From NCBI RefSeq assembly GCF_006345805.1, contig NW_021825873.1, positions 1 through 14,088 on the forward strand: 14,088 nucleotides of DNA, written 5' to 3'. Under the pieces are notes generated by a model that searched no databases, was not told where the DNA came from, and worked only from the letters and a program-made list of their open reading frames with translations. Below, in pieces: positions 9,389 to 14,088 of this stretch (within the stretch, counting starts at the first letter, position 1; each line of letters begins with the position of its first letter). The position numbers and the translations under genes are program-made. Origin of the DNA: Octopus sinensis (taxonomy: Eukaryota).

Positions 9389-10078
9389 ACACACACACTC
9401 ACACCACACACACACAAGCGCATAAAAAACAGATTTTTCTTCAGTTTTCATGCCACTACCAAATGACATGCATAAGATCTGGTCATCAAATCTAAGTAGA
9501 GACTTCAAACTTGAAATCTTCAAAGCCACAGTCGAACCAATTCTACTATATGGCTCAGAACCCTGGACGTTATCAAAGAAGCTTGAGAGGCGGTTGGATG
9601 GAACCTACACTCGCCTCCTTATGAGAGCTCAAAATCTCTCGTGGAAGCGCCATCCAACCAAAATGCAAATATATGGGAAACTACCACCTGTGTCATCTCT
9701 TGTGAAAAGTAAGAGAGTCCAGTTTGCTGGACATTGTTGTAGAGCTGAAAAAGAGGTAATTTCTACTCTTCTACTCTGGAAGCCATCTACTCGCAATACC
9801 AGAGGGCGCACACTCTCCTACCCTGATGTAATCTCCAGGGATACAGGCAAGCAACAGGACCTCAGTAATGCCATGATGGACCGTGAAGTCTGGCGTAGCA
9901 TGGTAAATTCGATTGTCTCGATCACGGTCAAACAATGATGATGAACCAAATTCACTCAGTTTACCTGCCGAGGACCATACAACAATATATTTGTCCAAAG
10001 TGCTCCGCAGTGGGAATGAACCTGAAATCAAAATGGTTGCGAAGTGAGCTTCGTAATCGTACAAACATCCCTGTGTCT
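9130..10078 (-). mobile_element. Old SINE family B copy split by an RTE insertion
   Basis: The 3' half (9130-9464, with an expanded (CA)n at 9326-9415) and the 5' half (9945-10078) match the reverse complement of 4313-4725. Homology resumes exactly across the duplicated ACCAAAT. Confidence 0.75.
9465..9944 (+). mobile_element. 5'-truncated RTE-clade LINE 3' end
   Basis: Stop-free ORF2 C-terminus with FKATVEPILLYGSEPWTL, LDGTYTRLLMRAQNLSW, QFAGHCCR and MMDREVWR motifs, then (TGA)3 at 9936-9944. TSD ACCAAAT at 9458-9464 and 9945-9951. Confidence 0.92.
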
Positions 10079-10157
10079 GTTCGTATATCATCGCATCAAA
10101 AACGAAATTAGATCTTACCAACTTTTAAAAAAATTGTTTTAAATGAAATTAAGTAAC

Positions 10158-10752
10158 TCAGACATGGCTGTGTAGCTAAGAATCTCGCTTTGTAACTACA
10201 TGGTCTCGGGATCAGTTCCACTGCACGGCACATTGGGCAGGTGTTTTCTACTGTAGCCCTGACGGACCCAAGTTTTCTAAGTGAATTTGGTAGACAGAAA
10301 CTGTATGCAAGAAGGCGGCGAGCTGGCAGAAATGTTAGCACGGCGGGCGAAATGCGTAGCCGTATTTCGTCTGCCGTTACGTGCTGAGTTCAAATTCCGC
10401 CGAGGTCGACTTCGCTTTTCTTCCTTTCGGGGTCGATAAATAAAGTACCAGTTATGCACTAGGGTCGATGTAATCAACTTACTCCGTTTGTCTGTCCTTG
10501 TGTGTCCCTTCCATGTTTAGCTCTTTATGGGTAGTAAAGAAATAAGAAACTGTATGCAAGCCATCGTATATGTATATTTGCGTATGTTCTACATGATATT
10601 ATCCCTTCTACCACGTGACCACCGGTGTTGACTTGGTTACGTCCCTGTAACTTAGTGGATTTTGGCAAAAGAGACCAGTAGAAGAAGCACCATACTTTAA
10701 AAAATATTAGTACCGGGGTAGATTTGTTGACTAAATTTTTCAAGGCGGTACC
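10158..10752 (+). mobile_element. SINE family B copy split by a family A insertion
   Basis: 10158-10311 plus 10561-10752 align colinearly with 4313-4680. Confidence 0.8.
10312..10544 (+). mobile_element. SINE family A, full length, tail type 1, nested in SINE B
   Basis: Perfect 16-bp TSD AGAAACTGTATGCAAG at 10296-10311 and 10545-10560. Confidence 0.93.
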
Positions 10753-11075
10753 CTAGAATACTAAATTACCACCCCGTTTTAACATTATTTATTGCATTTT
10801 GACCTCTTACCCACAAATTTGTATGTGTGTGTTGTAACTCCGAAGTTTCGATTACTAAGTCATCACTGAACTCTACGATGATGGGTTAGTTGGCCGAATA
10901 GTTGATAAGTTAAAATATGTCCAAAAGGTATTTAAACTAACTGAAAGTTTCTTTATTTCTCGTCACTGCTTAATGTTACCACTGCTACACCTGTTCCGAC
11001 CAGGTAGTCTGCAAGCGCAGAGCAGTTAGTAATGTTGGGTTTCTAATATGCTCAGAGTTATTCCTCTTCACTATC

Positions 11076-11116
11076 TTTTACTGAAGAACGGTAAGGAGCC
11101 TGAAAAGCGTCTAGAA
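11076..11116 (+). ncRNA. Minimal type I hammerhead ribozyme-like motif with intact core
   Basis: Stem I TTTTA/TAGAA (5 bp, one G-U), CTGAAGA (11081-11087), short stem II A(C)GG...CCT, GAAA (11102-11105), GTC triplet (11109-11111). Confidence 0.5.
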
Positions 11117-11249
11117 ATCCGATAGAATGCGACACTGAGAGAGATAAAGCGTTTTTAGACATTTTAGCATAAGCAGGAAATTTTTTCTCTTCCATAAACT
11201 ACAGTTTAGAAGTTAGAATATGTCACAAATTTATTTGGACTAACCTAAT

Positions 11250-11258
11250 TTATATATA

Positions 11259-11319
<61 letters not shown>

Positions 11320-11367
11320 GTTGTGTGGTGTGTGATGTATGTATTTATGTATGTATGTATGTATGTA

Positions 11368-11404
<37 letters not shown>

Positions 11405-11580
11405 ACATATATGCATGTATACACGTACAGAAACATATAAATATATGCGTATATTAGAACATTTATATGTATACATATATGCATACGTGTGTGTCTCTGT
11501 GTGCTGGTGTGTGTGTGTGTATGTTTGTGCTGGCGTGTGTGTGTGTATGTGTGTGTGAGTGTGTGTGTGTGTTGGTGTGT

Positions 11581-11617
<37 letters not shown>

Positions 11618-11660
11618 CGTGCTTGTGTGTGTGTGTGTGTGTGGTGTGTGTGCGTGCGTG
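11250..11660. repeat. (AT)n, (ATGT)n and (GT)n microsatellites
   Basis: Direct simple repeats. Confidence 0.96.
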
Positions 11661-12084
11661 TAAATCACAAAAGAATTCTTTCAAAAAACAATCTGAAAAG
11701 AATACAGAATAGAATGTTATAGAATAGCGTAGAAATATGTGATAGAATATAAAAGAGAAGAGTCATGTTTGAATGAATGGTATGAACAGAGAAGCTGTAT
11801 GTGTCAGTCACACCAACAGATTAGATATTTCTGTTCACCTTTCGTGAACAATAAATTCCTATAGAAGTTTTCTCAGGTGAAACGGGCGGAGCTGCTTTGT
11901 AAAATGGCCATAAATTTACTTCTCAAACATTAATGTCCAAGACTCAAATGAAAAACAGGAATCACCATCATCATCATCATCGTCAGATGGAAGATAAATA
12001 CGTTACGAAGTACGGCAAAAGCAATGTCAATAGCTTGGCTTTAGCGTTTGCAGTAAGAGCAACATCAGCAACAAAAACATTATA

Positions 12085-12285
12085 ATGGTTTTTCAATTTT
12101 GGCACAACACCAGCAGTTTAATGGGGAGGCAGTAAGTCGTTTCCATAGACCCCAGTACTTAACTGGTACTCATTCTATTGATTCTGAATTGATGGAGGCA
12201 AAGTCAATCTCGGAATGTGAAAATGGACGAAACGCTTCTGATCATTTTGTCCTTCGTGCTAACGATTTTCTCAGTTTGCCACCTT
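12085..12285 (-). mobile_element. Diverged SINE family A, tail type 2
   Basis: Colinear with 4726-4940. Confidence 0.75.
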
Positions 12286-12290
12286 ACTAA

Positions 12291-12394
12291 TAATCTTTTC
12301 TACTATAGGCACAAGGCCTGACATTTTGGGGGAGGTGGTTGTCGGTTAAATCGACTCTAATACTCAGATGGTACTTATTTCCTCGACCCCCGAA
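12291..12394 (-). mobile_element. 5'-truncated SINE family A, tail type 3
   Basis: Tail AATC(C/T)TTTCTACTATAGGCACAAGGCCTG on +. Homology ends inside the core at CGACCCCCGAA. Confidence 0.75.
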
Positions 12395-12535
12395 ATAATC
12401 CTTTCTACTATAGGCTCAAGGCCTGAAATTTGGAGGCAGGGGACCAGTCGATTACACTGACACCAGTGTAGCGAGGGTCGAAATACCACCAAGCATTTCC
12501 TTCAGCGTGCTAACGATTCTGCCATCTCGCCGCTT

Positions 12536-12536
<1 letters not shown>
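12395..12536 (-). mobile_element. SINE family A, tail type 3, internal deletion of B-box and core
   Basis: Tail joined at CAGTG|TAGCG directly to the head segment. Confidence 0.75.
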
Positions 12537-12792
<256 letters not shown>

Positions 12793-13322
12793 ATGCACTG
12801 ATCTAGTACCACGCAGTGGCTCCCATGGCTTCTCATCTTATCGGATTGGAATAGTTATCATGTATATTGACATATCATGTCTTGGTATAAAAGATGGGCT
12901 ACAACAAATATTCTGCTCAATACCACAGATTTGCATCACGTTTGTTTAACCTAAACTATTTGAGCATGTCCCTTTGTGGCTGACGATATGTGCATCTCTG
13001 ACCACAAGCAGAAGTACTGGGGGAGCATCATAGCCATGTGTGGAAAGGAATTCTTTGGGGTTTGGATAATTCACCTTTGGAAACATGGGTGTTTCGTTCA
13101 ACATCCTTAAACAACCATTATTCAGGGATCTTTTGAGCGAGATGGGCTACTTGACCTGAAGACAATTCTAACTGGTCGTGCGCTGCTTATCTTGATATGA
13201 GATCACTATGTCACGTACAAACGGTGGTGATGCATGTGCTTGGTGCACCTTATCAGACGGGTAGTCATGAACGGTATATTGGGCTTTGTATATTTTACAC
13301 CAGTGTCACTGCTCTCTCACTC
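12793..13322 (+). mobile_element. Unclassified ~530-bp non-coding interspersed repeat embedded in (AAT)n; strand inferred
   Basis: Complex sequence with sharp borders against AAT arrays. Its last 69 bp recur at 13643-13725. All frames contain stops. Confidence 0.7.
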
Positions 13323-13333
13323 AGTAGTAATAA

Positions 13334-13516
13334 TAGTCCTTTCTAATATAAGCACAAGGCCTAAAATTTGGGGAAGATGTTCCTAATTTATCGACCCCGA
13401 CAGGATGAAAGGCAAAAATCAACCTCGACAGGATTTGAAGTCAGACCGCAGCGACAGACGAAATACTGCTAAGCATTTCGATCGGCGTGCTAAGGATTCA
13501 GCCAGTTCATCGCATT
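13334..13516 (-). mobile_element. SINE family A, tail type 3, small internal deletion
   Basis: Tail as at 12291 and 12395, core ATCGACCCCGACAGGATGAAAGGC, and head. Confidence 0.8.
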
Positions 13517-13561
13517 GATAATAATAATGATAATAATAATATAATAATAATAATAATAATA

Positions 13562-13594
<33 letters not shown>

Positions 13595-13607
13595 GTAATA
13601 AAATAAT

Positions 13608-13638
<31 letters not shown>

Positions 13639-13755
13639 ATAACAGACGGGTAGTCATGATGGGTATATTGGGCTTCGTATATTTTACCCCAGTGTCACTT
13701 GATGGCATGAACTGCTCTCTCACTCAATAATATAATAATAATAATAATAATAATA

Positions 13756-13790
<35 letters not shown>
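13517..13790. repeat. (AAT)n array interrupted by an 83-bp insert
   Basis: Direct array on both sides of 13643-13725. Confidence 0.95.
13643..13725 (+). mobile_element. Truncated second copy (right end only) of the 530-bp element
   Basis: 65/69 identical to 13254-13322, plus a 14-nt segment absent from the long copy. Confidence 0.9.
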
Positions 13791-13792
<2 letters not shown>

Positions 13793-14088
13793 GTTAATCA
13801 ATGTCTAAAGACAGTTTTTAAATAAAATTTGTGATGGAAAATCTTCATTAACTTTTTAGTTTTGGATCACTTCCAAATTCCATTCAAATTATCCTCTTCC
13901 TCCTTCTGCTCCTCCCCTCTTCTTCTACTTCTTTCTCTTCTTTCTTGCACATTTCTAACGCCCTCTCGTTTGTTGTCCCTCTATTGTTAATATTCCTCCA
14001 GTTCACAAATCTTCTTATTAATGACAAGTGTTTGTCGTAACATCACACAGTGCCGGCCTCTTGAACCGTGGAACCAAAATATCGACTG

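Overview
Eukaryotic, AT-rich, repeat-saturated DNA with no intact protein-coding gene. Microsatellite density and two recurring tRNA-derived SINE families point to an octopod cephalopod genome; this is recognition from memory, not a database result. Most ORFs in the supplied track are microsatellite read-through. The window contains: (i) large (AAT)n, (GAT)n, (AT)n, (AC)n, (ATAC)n and (ATAG)n tracts; (ii) decayed LINE pieces from three clades: an R4/Dong-like RT at 202-628, a CR1/L2-group 3' end at 6466-6731, and an RTE 3' end at 9465-9944 with a 7-bp TSD; (iii) eight copies of one SINE family ('A', Meta-like core, three different 3' tails) and three copies of a second family ('B', internal microsatellite), with two clean nested insertions; (iv) an internally deleted mariner, a DINE-1/HINE-like element and a probable Penelope-like fragment; (v) two minimal hammerhead-ribozyme-like motifs; (vi) a ~530-bp non-coding element found twice inside (AAT)n; (vii) an old, hidden 190-bp tandem duplication. 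The best leads are a possible (TAA)n-targeted Dong/R4 plus non-autonomous partner system, the hammerhead motifs, a possible insertion hotspot inside SINE B, and swapped SINE tails that keep a covarying hairpin.
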